From assembly GCA_041498975.1 (NCBI GenBank), contig JBGQJI010000019.1, forward strand, positions 1-28,443: 28,443 bases of DNA, written 5' to 3'. The notes beneath the pieces were generated by a model. It ran no database searches, was not told the origin of the DNA, and saw only the letters and a program-made list of their open reading frames with translations. Below are positions 1 through 8,785 of the stretch, in pieces (within the stretch, counting starts at the first letter, position 1; every line of letters starts with the position of its first letter). The translations under genes and the position numbers were made by a program. The DNA is from Candidatus Methylomirabilis sp. (GTDB taxonomy: Bacteria > Methylomirabilota > Methylomirabilia > Methylomirabilales > Methylomirabilaceae).

Positions 1-52
1 CTTTGCGCTGATTCGTGAGATCGCAGAGACCAAAGGTCGGTCACTCGCCTGA
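1..52 (+). CDS. Possible 3' end of an upstream gene (partial)
   Basis: Frame from base 2 reads FALIREIAETKGRSLA then TGA at 50-52; too short to identify. Confidence 0.25.
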   Translation, partial: FALIREIAETKGRSLA

Positions 53-540
53 GACCTCCGGGTCACTTATAATCTTACTCAGTGCTCCGGTTCATAAGTA
101 TGGCGACGTATTCTCCGGGAGAACCGAATACCGCTCCCCCCTTCGATCCTTCGAGGCGGCGCGAATACACCGCACCTCCTCAGGAGGCCCTCCGAGTCTC
201 CTGAGGGCGAACGGATTCGTGAGCATATTTATGAAATGCTGCACTTAGGAAATAATGACATTTCGTGATCGCACTCTCATCGCGGCCATCCTGGCGGTCC
301 GAGGTGAGCCTTCGCGCTGCCGCTTGTGTTCTTGCCGACCCTCTATGCGGCGGGGTACTATACGTGGCAGCCCCTATCATCGGAACGAAATCCATCTTTG
401 GAGCTAAGACCTCTGGGGCGCGTGTGGGGCTGACCCTACTGTTGGCGCCTGATAGCTTCGCCTCGCGGCTGGATTTCCAGGAGGGGGGCCGGGTTGTCCC
501 GAATTGCGTGTGAACCGGTGATGCGGACAGTGCCCATTGG

Positions 541-1551
541 ATGGAAACAACTGGACCCTGGGGCCACATTACGGATCAAAGGATGGTTAGCGTGAATCCG
601 CAGACAGCAGAAGCGAATCCGAAACGATTTGGCGGCGCCGGCAACTCCAGCCGGCCTGCCACTGTGATCGCTGTGCTACGGGTTCCGGAGTGGGTGAAGA
701 ACGCGTTTGTGATCGCCCCGCTGATTTTCTCAGGGCAACTGCTGAAGGCGACGGCGTTGTGGAACACCATCCTGGCATGTGCAGCCCTTTGCATGGCCTC
801 AAGTGGCGTCTACATCTTCAATGACCTCGTTGATATGGCCAAGGACCGGGAACACCCGCTCAAGCGGATGCGTCCCCTGGCATCGGGGGCAATTTCTCCT
901 ACAGTGGCCGGGGTCATGTCGGGTTGTCTGGTTCTGCTGGCCTATGCGGTGTTCCTCCCGGCGCGTCCACCTCGTGGTGTCTGGGTCCTGCTGACGGCCT
1001 TCCTGTTGCTGAACGCGGCGTACTCCCTGTACCTGAAGCAACAGGTGATCATCGACGTCCTGACGATCGCGGTCGGCTACGTCCTGCGCGTGCTCATCGG
1101 AGGCGCTGCTATCGGCGTTCAGGTGACTCACTGGTTGCTGTTGTGCACGTTTCTCCTGGCCACGTTCCTGGGTTTCAGCAAGCGGCGCCATGAACTGACT
1201 CTGCTGGGGCCGGAGGCGACACGCCACCGGCCGGTACTCCACTTCTATTCCGAAGACTTTCTGGATCGCGTGTCGTTGCTGACGCTGGCAATGACCTTGA
1301 CCTGCTACATCTTATACACCATATCTCCTGAGACGATAGCGCGATTCGGCACAGCCGCATTGGTCTACAGCAGCTTGATCGTCATGTTCGGCCTGTTCCG
1401 GTATCTCTTTCTGATTCATGTGAAGAAGATGGGCAGTCCGGTCGAACTGTTCTACTATGACCGGCAGATTGTCCTCTCGGTCATCGTGTGGACCCTCTAT
1501 GTGATCGGCGTCGTCTATGTGTGGCCTGCGATCGCGCGTCTCGTACCATAA
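541..1551 (+). CDS. UbiA-family prenyltransferase, decaprenyl-phosphate phosphoribosyltransferase (DPPR synthase)-like
   Basis: Motifs LRVPEWVKN, YIFNDLVDMAKDREHPLKRMRPLASG, YSLYLKQQVIIDV, FSKRRHEL; about 9 TM helices. Start may be at 583. Confidence 0.9.
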   Translation: METTGPWGHITDQRMVSVNPQTAEANPKRFGGAGNSSRPATVIAVLRVPEWVKNAFVIAPLIFSGQLLKATALWNTILACAALCMASSGVYIFNDLVDMAKDREHPLKRMRPLASGAISPTVAGVMSGCLVLLAYAVFLPARPPRGVWVLLTAFLLLNAAYSLYLKQQVIIDVLTIAVGYVLRVLIGGAAIGVQVTHWLLLCTFLLATFLGFSKRRHELTLLGPEATRHRPVLHFYSEDFLDRVSLLTLAMTLTCYILYTISPETIARFGTAALVYSSLIVMFGLFRYLFLIHVKKMGSPVELFYYDRQIVLSVIVWTLYVIGVVYVWPAIARLVP

Positions 1552-1652
1552 GAGGCGGGATAACTGAGGCTCTTGCGAAGCCTGTAGGGACGGTTCCAGG
1601 CAGGATCCAAGGCCACGGCAACCAACTCGGGCCAGACAAAGGAGATTTGACG

Positions 1653-2978
1653 GTGCACCCCCCTCAGAACATGCGAGCGCTGGCTGACAGCATCGGAACG
1701 AGATGGCCTGATATCCTCATCGCGCTACTACTCTCGGCCGCGGCAAGTGTTGGGTCGTTTAAGGGCGCGCAACGTATCCCCGTTCCGCTCATAATTTTCC
1801 AATCGTGGGGGAACGTGTGGTTCGAGGCCGACGCGCCACGTGTTTTTGCCAACATGTCCAACCGCTGGAGCAATCATTATCGCACAAAGGTGCACCCTCT
1901 GTTCTCGCTTGCAACGCAGCCAATCGTGTCTGGCCTGCGTGCGGTCTTGAAAATCGAATCAAGCACGGCGATCAGAATAGTGATCGCGTCGGTGGCCGGG
2001 CTTTGGATCGGCGTGCTGTTTGCCTTGCTCAGGCTCATCGGGTGTCGACGTCTTGATGCTGCATTATTCAGTGCACTTGGAGGCACCAGCGCATCGGCGG
2101 CGTTTTGGTTTGTGCTGCCAGAGACTTATGCATTCGGTTCCCTGACGATATTGCTTGCGCTGGGCATCGTCGCTCTGGCGGAGCATCGAGATCTCTCATC
2201 GAAATGGTATCTCGTCCTCAACATCTTGACGATGAGCTTCACCGTGACCAACTGGATGGTCGGGATCATCGCGACCTTTGCGAAGTTCCCCTGGCGTCGG
2301 GCTCTACAGATCACGGTGCTTGCAGTGTGGATCGTGACCCTGCTCTGGTTGATGCAGAAAGAGATCTATCCTTCTGCGGAGTTCTTTGTCGGCGACCGCG
2401 AAGAAGCGAATTACATGTTCAACAAAGAAGCAGGCGGCCCACTGACCATCGTGAATGCCTTTGTCTTCCACAGCATGGTCATGCCGGCCATCGGAGAGAT
2501 TGGCCCGCCTCATCGAAGGCTGCCGATCCTGACCGTGCAGCGCTCGTTGCCTGGGTCTGGGAGTCCGTGGGGGGCTGCCGCAGTCGGATTGTGGGCGGTC
2601 CTTTTGGGTCTTGGCCTATGGGGCTTCTGCTCTACGAGGCAGCATCTTGCATTCCGGGTTGTCTTGGGACTCACTCTTCTGGGGCAGCTTGCGCTACACT
2701 TGGTCTATGGGGCAGAGACATTTCTCTACGCCTTGCACTTTGGCCCGCTCCTGGTCGTGCTCGCGGCCTTGAGCTCGCTGACGCGCGCGCGTCCTTTGGG
2801 AGTGGCGTTAGCGGGCGTACTCATGGTAGTTGTGGCGGTGAACAACGGTCTACAGTTTGGCAGGGCCGTAAATTGGGTCGAAACCCGTCGCCCAGCAGTG
2901 CAGGATGCTCAATCGCAGATAACAGCTCGTCCGGCGAGTCCAGAGCTTCGTGAAACAGGGCACCGTGTGGGCCCATGA
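1653..2978 (+). CDS. Polytopic membrane protein, GT-C-fold glycosyltransferase-like (DUF6080-like)
   Basis: AAGGAG SD before GTG 1653 (ATG 1671 is an alternative). First TM helix is followed by an acidic loop (WFEADAPRV...KVHPLFSL), then a PETY motif and 10 or more TM segments. Confidence 0.6.
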   Translation: MHPPQNMRALADSIGTRWPDILIALLLSAAASVGSFKGAQRIPVPLIIFQSWGNVWFEADAPRVFANMSNRWSNHYRTKVHPLFSLATQPIVSGLRAVLKIESSTAIRIVIASVAGLWIGVLFALLRLIGCRRLDAALFSALGGTSASAAFWFVLPETYAFGSLTILLALGIVALAEHRDLSSKWYLVLNILTMSFTVTNWMVGIIATFAKFPWRRALQITVLAVWIVTLLWLMQKEIYPSAEFFVGDREEANYMFNKEAGGPLTIVNAFVFHSMVMPAIGEIGPPHRRLPILTVQRSLPGSGSPWGAAAVGLWAVLLGLGLWGFCSTRQHLAFRVVLGLTLLGQLALHLVYGAETFLYALHFGPLLVVLAALSSLTRARPLGVALAGVLMVVVAVNNGLQFGRAVNWVETRRPAVQDAQSQITARPASPELRETGHRVGP

Positions 2979-3275
2979 CACGGCAGCTCAGCCGCGGCCA
3001 AGGCGGGATGGCTGTGCCGACGCCCCCTGGCTCGGCGCACTTGGCAGCGGGCGGCCCGGCGGCGGGGATCTCGGTGGGCCGCATGGGCTTAGGACACATG
3101 CACGGGAGAGAGAGGCGGGGCAGTACCTGCGGAGCTACTTCGGTGATACCCAGCTAACGGCTGCCTTCGGGAAGAGCCCGAGCGTCGAGGCGGGGCGATT
3201 CACTCCAGAGTTGAGGGGAAATGGAACGGCTGCCGGATTGCCACGATCCGAGGAAGCCCCGTAGCCATTTCCGCT

Positions 3276-3647
3276 TCAGCTCTTCATTAATATGAGGACA
3301 CCTAGGGCGATGACGCCCGTAGCGGTCCACCGCAGTGAAGAGACCGTCTCCAGCAATATGTACTTCGCGGCGAAGGCATTGAGGATATAGGCCGTTGCCG
3401 TCATCGGAACGGCGAGGCTGAGAGGGGCGCGCGAGAGAGCGGCAAGCCACAGGAGCAAGGAAATGGCCAGCAAGGCAACGCCGGTGAGTATCCAGACGTT
3501 CCGAAGCGTGAGGGACATCTTCATGAAAAAGACCGTCGGGCTCAGGACGGCGATATCGCCCACCTGCTTCATGCCCTTGGCCAGCAGCAGGTCGCCGGCG
3601 GTCATGACCACTGTCTGCAAGAGGACGATCAGGATGGTCTTGAGCAT
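3276..3647 (-). CDS. SMR/EamA (DMT superfamily) 4-TM protein, ArnE/ArnF-like
   Basis: 123 aa, four hydrophobic helices, WLAALSRAPLSLAVP and LLETVSSLRW motifs; GGGGAG SD upstream. Confidence 0.8.
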   Translation of the reverse strand: MLKTILIVLLQTVVMTAGDLLLAKGMKQVGDIAVLSPTVFFMKMSLTLRNVWILTGVALLAISLLLWLAALSRAPLSLAVPMTATAYILNAFAAKYILLETVSSLRWTATGVIALGVLILMKS

Positions 3648-3665
3648 CGATCTCCCCCAACTTTA

Positions 3666-3767
3666 GTGCCGGTCCAACAACTTACGCCAAGATGGTGAGG
3701 CTGGGGAAAGCGATGGTTCTTAGCAGGGCTCCCGTCGGCGATTAGCGGCAACAAGTTGGAACGGCAC
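3666..3767. mobile_element. 102-bp MITE-like element, copy 1
   Basis: 13-bp terminal inverted repeats GTGCCGGTCCAAC / GTTGGAACGGCAC (1 mismatch), flanked by TA on both sides (3664-65, 3768-69). Homologous to the element at 8580-8785. Confidence 0.8.
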
Positions 3768-3818
3768 TAGCACACGCATGCGTTGTTACGTGGTCATTGC
3801 GCGCCACTCGGCTTGGCA

Positions 3819-3873
3819 GTCCTTGGTTCCAAGTTCCGCTTCGCAGTTCCAGGCTCCTGGCTCCGAGTTCCTG
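3819..3873. repeat. Degenerate 7-bp tandem repeat (GTTCCNN-like)
   Basis: gtccttg gttccaa gttccgc ttcgca gttccag gctcctg gctccga gttcctg. Confidence 0.55.
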
Positions 3874-3903
3874 GTTAGAGGACAGCCTTACCAGGCCTTC
3901 AAG

Positions 3904-4341
3904 TCAGGTGTCCATCTGGTTTCTGGGCGGGCGACGATCGATTTCGATCTCGCCCTTCAAGGAAGCGCCCTCCGCGGCGGCGATGCTGCCGGTCTTGACG
4001 TTCCCCGTCACACTGCCGGTCGGAAGGAGATCGACCCGTCCGCTGGCGACCAGGTTGCCCTTGACGTGACCACCGACGATGATGTTGGTGGCGGCGATGT
4101 CGGCCTCCACCTGGGCCGATTCCCCAATCACAATCGTGCCCGCCAGATCAATAGTCCCCCGGAAGGCCCCCATGAGCTGGATATCGCCTTCACCGGTCAG
4201 CTCGCCATGAATCTGGATTTTCTCCCCGACGATAAAGGCGATCATCGGCATTTCGATCGCCGGAGCCTGCCGTGCCGGCTCCGGACCCGTGGCCCCCAGC
4301 ACCCCCCGGATCGTGTCAAACATCCCTTTCTTCTCTGTCAT
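3904..4341 (-). CDS. Bactofilin (polymer-forming cytoskeletal protein)
   Basis: Beta-helix repeats IVGEKIQIHGELTGEGDIQLMGAFRGTI...IIVGGHVKGNL...AEGASLKGEI; GGAGG SD before ATG 4341. Confidence 0.9.
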   Translation of the reverse strand: MTEKKGMFDTIRGVLGATGPEPARQAPAIEMPMIAFIVGEKIQIHGELTGEGDIQLMGAFRGTIDLAGTIVIGESAQVEADIAATNIIVGGHVKGNLVASGRVDLLPTGSVTGNVKTGSIAAAEGASLKGEIEIDRRPPRNQMDT

Positions 4342-4429
4342 GCCACGCCCCTCCATCCACGAACGGCCTGCCCCACTCGCCAGCCCTGCATCCGTTTCCC
4401 TCTCGCTCCGTTATCGATGAGCCTTCCAA

Positions 4430-4690
4430 TCAGCGGTTGTCTCGAATCTGAATTCCGCCCTGGGCGTCAAGGGCGGCCTCGAGTTGGCGGGCCAGGTCGC
4501 GGAAAAAGCCACGGGCCTGGATCGCGTCAGGCTCCAGCTCCTCGTAGCCCTCCGCCGCGCTTCGGCTGTGCTCCAGCTCGATGCCGAGCACCGTTTCCCG
4601 TGCAACCCTGAGCAGGTAGCGGGCTTCAGCGGTATTGAGTGTCAATCCCACCTCTTCTCCATTGCGATCCGCCTTCATGCTGGTCGGCAT
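4430..4690 (-). CDS. Hypothetical protein (86 aa)
   Basis: Fills the gap between co-oriented genes with GC-typical codon usage; no recognised family. Confidence 0.6.
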   Translation of the reverse strand: MPTSMKADRNGEEVGLTLNTAEARYLLRVARETVLGIELEHSRSAAEGYEELEPDAIQARGFFRDLARQLEAALDAQGGIQIRDNR

Positions 4691-4717
4691 CCCCTTCCGC
4701 CCTCGGGAGACTGGCGC

Positions 4718-5416
4718 TCAGGCAGTGGCCTCAGCGCTCCCGGCCTGGCGGTCCCTCCCCCTGAACCAGCCGGTGAGGCCGGAGCCAGCCGACTGCACCC
4801 AGTGACTGAGCAGCTTCTCGTATTCCGCCAGGACCTCCTTCGCATCCGTGCGAGAACGCCACCACGCCTCGGGATCAAAGGTATCGTACCGCGTCGGCCG
4901 GCTGATGATCGCGATCCGCCCGCCGGAGGCCCGGGCGAGGATCTTGCGGGCCCGCGTAGAATGCGACCTGCCCGTGACCAGGATGACCGACCGGATCTGG
5001 TTCTCCTCCAAAAGGCGGGTAAGATAGTTCATCTCGCTCCGGGTGCTGTTGGTCCGCTCTTTCACCTGCAGGACGGTGGCACGCGGGACCCGCATCGCCG
5101 TCAGGACCGTCCACTGGTTGTCCCGTTCCTCGGGAACCGTGATCCCCAAGCGCGCCAACGCCTCGTACCCTTTCGGGAGAGTCTGATGTGTCAGGATGAT
5201 CTTGGGTGCATAGCCGTCCTGGTAGAGCCTGGCCGCTTCGAGGGTTCTGGCGACGCCCCCGTCGCCCGCCAGCACTGCGATTGCGCCCGCCTTCTGCAGA
5301 GGATCCTCGGTGACCAGGTAGCGACCGATTGCCCTGAGGAGGAAGGGGTAGCCGACATAAAGCAGCAGGCCAAGGAGCGGGACAACGATCAGCCATCGGA
5401 ACAGTTTTCCTAGCAT
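4718..5416 (-). CDS. YdcF/DUF218 (ElyC/SanA-like) protein
   Basis: N-terminal TM helix; AIAVLAG, TNSTRSEM and VILVTGRSHSTRA motifs; C-terminal EYEKL. Confidence 0.88.
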   Translation of the reverse strand: MLGKLFRWLIVVPLLGLLLYVGYPFLLRAIGRYLVTEDPLQKAGAIAVLAGDGGVARTLEAARLYQDGYAPKIILTHQTLPKGYEALARLGITVPEERDNQWTVLTAMRVPRATVLQVKERTNSTRSEMNYLTRLLEENQIRSVILVTGRSHSTRARKILARASGGRIAIISRPTRYDTFDPEAWWRSRTDAKEVLAEYEKLLSHWVQSAGSGLTGWFRGRDRQAGSAEATA

Positions 5417-5451
5417 CGTGCCGCCCGCCCGTCGGCGCTGCTACGGGGGTG

Positions 5452-5883
5452 TCAGGCCGCTCCGCCGCCCTCGCCCAGCGGAGGCCGCCGGGCCTCCTCC
5501 CATCGGACCGCCTCTTCGATCAACTGAAGCTTGGACAGGTGCGCGTCGGGGGGGCCGGCAACCATCCTGCCGTTTACCAGCGCGCCCTCAACGATCATCA
5601 AACGCCTCGCCCGGATCTCGCCCTCGATATGGGCGGTGGAAAGGACCTCCGCCCGATCGGACGCCATCACGGTCCCCTCCGTGCGCCCGGCGATCACTGC
5701 CTCCCAGACCGTGACCTGTCCTCGAAGGCGGCCGCCCTCCAGGAGACGAAGAGTCCCGCGGAGGTGGATTTCCCCTTCCACCGTTCCCGCCACGGTCAAC
5801 TCCTCCGCCCCTTCGATCTTGCCCCGGAGGGTCATCCCGGCAGGGATGGTCGATCGCGTCCGACCCGCTGAATTCTCCGACAT
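5452..5883 (-). CDS. Bactofilin (second paralog)
   Basis: STIPAGMTLRGKIEGAEELTVAGTVEGEI...IVEGALVNGRM beta-helix pattern. Confidence 0.88.
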   Translation of the reverse strand: MSENSAGRTRSTIPAGMTLRGKIEGAEELTVAGTVEGEIHLRGTLRLLEGGRLRGQVTVWEAVIAGRTEGTVMASDRAEVLSTAHIEGEIRARRLMIVEGALVNGRMVAGPPDAHLSKLQLIEEAVRWEEARRPPLGEGGGAA

Positions 5884-6072
5884 GAGCCCTCAATCTGAGC
5901 AGTCGCCCGCAGGGTAGAGGAACCAACAATTGCGACACGGCGCCTTACACCCCATCAGGAGATAGGAGACAGGATAGCCGCAGCACACGCACCGCAAGGT
6001 CGCGTGGCCCTCACCCTGCTGCCTCGACAGCCAGGACACCTCCGGTCGCTCGCGGCCCTCGGCGTTCATCGC

Positions 6073-6885
6073 TCAGGCTTCCCGGTCGATCACGATCTCG
6101 ATCGGGGAGCCGCCGATCTTCACCGGATTTCGCGGATAGGCGCCCTCGAGATCCCCCCGCTGCGCGGGGCCGGCGGCCCCGCCCTTCTTGACCCTGGCGA
6201 TCACCGAGACCTCTCCCTCAAACTGCCCTCCGCCCATGGGCATATCATCCGCGCCGAGACGGAAGGAAACGGGGAATGTGGGGTTCGCTATCCGCTTCAC
6301 CGCCAGAGGCGGCCCGGGTCCCTTCCGGGCGATGACAAAGAGGACGTCGCCCCGCTCGACCTTCCCGGCAAGGGCCGGGGCTATCCGCACCGTCCCGGCG
6401 AGGACCTTGCCCCCTTTGGAGGACCGGGCCACGTTGTAGATGTAGTCCGTGGACAGATCGGACGCGCCCTCCCGCTTGAGCGTGAGGATGACCTTCCATG
6501 TGCCGGGCGCATCGAACTCGACGTCAGATCGATAGACCCCCTCTCCCGATGCTTGCATGGGGGCCACGCTGAGAGTGCCCATCGCCTCCAAGCCGTACTT
6601 CAGGTCGAGCCTGGCGTCTGAGATAGGCTTGCCGTCGCGGGTGGCCAGGCGGACCTCCAGCCGGTTGGGCCCCAACTGCGGCGGATCCGGGTCAGATCTG
6701 ATCGCGAGGCTGGCCTCCCCGAGGCTCTGTGGACCGCGAGGCGGGGAGAGGCTTGAGATCAACGCAATGACGATCACGACGCCGAGGCCGAGGAGGGCAA
6801 TCGAGGAAATGAGAGTGCTCTTGAGCCTTCGCTTTTCCGGCGTCCCGCTCACCATGCCCTGTTCGATGGACGTCCCCTCCCTCAC
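6073..6885 (-). CDS. Membrane-anchored YtkA/FixH-like domain fused to a CcmI/CycH C-terminal-like domain
   Basis: One TM helix, then DPDPPQLGPNRLEVRL...GKPISDA...GVYRSDVEFDAPGTWKV (YtkA/FixH pattern), then GTVRIAPAL...VLFVIAR..GPPLAVKR...FPVSFRL..DDMPM...VIARV..GDLEG (CcmI C-terminal pattern). Start uncertain. Confidence 0.75.
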   Translation of the reverse strand: MREGTSIEQGMVSGTPEKRRLKSTLISSIALLGLGVVIVIALISSLSPPRGPQSLGEASLAIRSDPDPPQLGPNRLEVRLATRDGKPISDARLDLKYGLEAMGTLSVAPMQASGEGVYRSDVEFDAPGTWKVILTLKREGASDLSTDYIYNVARSSKGGKVLAGTVRIAPALAGKVERGDVLFVIARKGPGPPLAVKRIANPTFPVSFRLGADDMPMGGGQFEGEVSVIARVKKGGAAGPAQRGDLEGAYPRNPVKIGGSPIEIVIDREA

Positions 6886-6915
6886 AACGGGTGGCGCGCC
6901 CGCTCCGCCCGCCGG

Positions 6916-7377
6916 TCAGGCAGGCCGCCGAACATTGCCGTCCTCCTCACGCGAAGGCGGGCGCTGGGGACGTGCAGGCCGAAAGAGAGTCCGCCGCAGG
7001 CTTGCCTGCAGCCGAAGCAACAGACGCCCCACCGAGGAACGAGCCAGACGATCCAGCGCTGCCAAACGGGCAAGGGTTTGAAGATAGGCCTGGTCCACCT
7101 CTTCCGCCAGCTCCCGCTTCCAGGCGCCGGATGCCATGGGGGCGGTGAGCCCCTTGACGCAGACAGAGTAGGCCAGTGCGAGCCGGGTTAACTTCTCGTC
7201 GCCGATGCGATGCAGCGCGCCTCGGAACTCCTGATCTTCCTCTCTGGAAATCCGCTCAGGGTCGTTCTCCAGAAGCTTCGTTCCGAGCCGGCCGAGCATC
7301 TGTCGGATTCCGGCGAGCTCCTGGAGGAGCGGATGGCTCGCGCGCGATATGCGCTTGGACACCACAGGGCTCACCAC
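6916..7377 (-). CDS. Hypothetical helical protein (153 aa)
   Basis: Starts 1 bp after the stop of the Zn-finger gene; protein-like amphipathic sequence. Confidence 0.6.
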   Translation of the reverse strand: MVSPVVSKRISRASHPLLQELAGIRQMLGRLGTKLLENDPERISREEDQEFRGALHRIGDEKLTRLALAYSVCVKGLTAPMASGAWKRELAEEVDQAYLQTLARLAALDRLARSSVGRLLLRLQASLRRTLFRPARPQRPPSREEDGNVRRPA

Positions 7378-7378
7378 C

Positions 7379-7573
7379 CTATTCGCCGGTCAGGAGGAGA
7401 CCGGTCCCATCGCACTCGGGACACGGAACCGTCCCTTCGCCCCCGCATCGTTCGCAGGCGGCGATCCCCCCACCGGATTCCCAGATGCCCCCGCCCCCTC
7501 GACATTCCGAGCAACGCACCATTTCATTTCCCTCGCAAGCGGGGCAGGCGCGCCGTTCCGTCTGTTGCCGCAT
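7379..7573 (-). CDS. Stand-alone DnaJ-type cysteine-rich zinc-finger protein
   Basis: Four CxxCxGxG-type motifs (CPACEG, CSECRGGG, CERCGGEG, CPECDGTG); GAGGGA SD before ATG 7573. Confidence 0.8.
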   Translation of the reverse strand: MRQQTERRACPACEGNEMVRCSECRGGGGIWESGGGIAACERCGGEGTVPCPECDGTGLLLTGE

Positions 7574-7615
7574 GACGTCTTCCCTCGTACAATTTCTTGC
7601 CACGCAGAGGATAAT

Positions 7616-8431
7616 ATGCTATCCAGGCTAAGTCAACTTCTAAACCGACCGGAGCAGCGGGGGCGCGAACAGGTGACGAAGTGGTGCGGGGTTTCCGGCA
7701 CAACGGTCTTGGCGGTCGCGTTGCTGGCAGCCTGGGCGACCGCTGACCTCTCTCGTCAGAGCCTGGACATCCCCTGGGAGCGGCTTGACGTCGCCTCCCA
7801 GCAACGATTGCGCGAGGTCACCGAACGGGCGATCTTCTTCAGGGATATCCTCGGAATCGCCGTCAAGAGTCCCCAACCGGTCTTCGACTTCCTGATTGAA
7901 CACCCCGATTTTGCCGCGACCGCAGGGCGGATCTTGGGGATCGTCAAGTACCGGATCGTCCAGGAACGGAATGGCGTATTTTTGGGAGACGATGCGCACG
8001 GCGCCACTGGAACCTTCGAGTTGGCCTATGCCGAGCCGGGGAAGCGGATCTATTTAGCAAGGGGGACCTTCGTCAAGCGGTTTTTCCCCACCATCAATGG
8101 CCGGATCGTCCTGGTCATGGTTTACGAGCACCGGACCGATCAGACCGGGAACAGTCTCGTGATGAACGATGTCCGTGGGTACCTCCGAATCGACAACCGG
8201 CTCCTTGGGATCCTGGCCCGCATCGCCCGGCCCGTCGTGGGCCCGATCGTCGATAGAAAGGTCCTGCGAACCTTCGCGGCGGCGGCGAAGCTCACGGAGC
8301 AGGTCTCTCGCGACCCCGCCGTCCTCTACCGCACACTCGAGGCCAGCCAAGAAATCAATAAGAGCGACCTGCGAGAGTTCCGAAAGGCTCTAGGATGCTG
8401 TGGGGAAAACGAAACGAAGCCCTCATCCTGA
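7616..8431 (+). CDS. Hypothetical exported protein
   Basis: Signal-peptide-like VLAVALLAAWATA followed by a globular alpha/beta region. Start is ATG 7616 or GTG 7673; the upstream part of the long ORF overlaps the Zn-finger gene. Confidence 0.7.
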   Translation: MLSRLSQLLNRPEQRGREQVTKWCGVSGTTVLAVALLAAWATADLSRQSLDIPWERLDVASQQRLREVTERAIFFRDILGIAVKSPQPVFDFLIEHPDFAATAGRILGIVKYRIVQERNGVFLGDDAHGATGTFELAYAEPGKRIYLARGTFVKRFFPTINGRIVLVMVYEHRTDQTGNSLVMNDVRGYLRIDNRLLGILARIARPVVGPIVDRKVLRTFAAAAKLTEQVSRDPAVLYRTLEASQEINKSDLREFRKALGCCGENETKPSS

Positions 8432-8579
8432 TCGTAGCCCTAGGGCAATGGACGCTCGTTCGGGATGGGTAACGCCTTCACGTTGGGAGACGGCCAGTCA
8501 AGGAGACAAGGACAGTGCCTGTATCGACTGGCCCACCATTGTCGCGTGTTGCTGGCCTTGGGGATTGTTCTGTTGACCA

Positions 8580-8785
8580 GTGCCGTTCCACCTCTTTACG
8601 CCAAAGTGGTGGGGCTAGTGCCGTTGCAACTTTATCAGCCTAACATCACAATGACCAGCGGGCAGCTGGATCGGCCGTCGCAAAGTCTTGTCATGTGTCC
8701 GAACACGTTGGAACGGCACTAGGGAAAGCGGGACTTCTTGGCAGCACTCCTGTCGGCGATTGGCCGCAACAAGTCGGAACGGCGC
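8580..8785. mobile_element. 102-bp MITE-like element, copy 2 (outer), interrupted by copy 3
   Basis: Joining 8580-8617 to 8722-8785 gives 102 bp that aligns ungapped to 3666-3767 at 81/102 by hand count; ends GTGCCGTTCCACC / GTCGGAACGGCGC are degenerate. Confidence 0.8.
8618..8719. mobile_element. 102-bp MITE-like element, copy 3 (nested)
   Basis: TIRs GTGCCGTTGCAAC / GTTGGAACGGCAC; TA duplicated at 8616-17 and 8720-21 at a CTAG site of copy 2; interior is diverged from copies 1 and 2. Confidence 0.8.

Noticed and set aside
2950..3264. Short ORFs between the GT-C-like and SMR genes
   Set aside because: Low-complexity translations with no motifs; probably non-coding.
3756..3771. Sigma54-like TTGGAACGGCACTAGC as a gene promoter
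   Set aside because: Explained by the MITE terminal repeat; no plus-strand gene follows.
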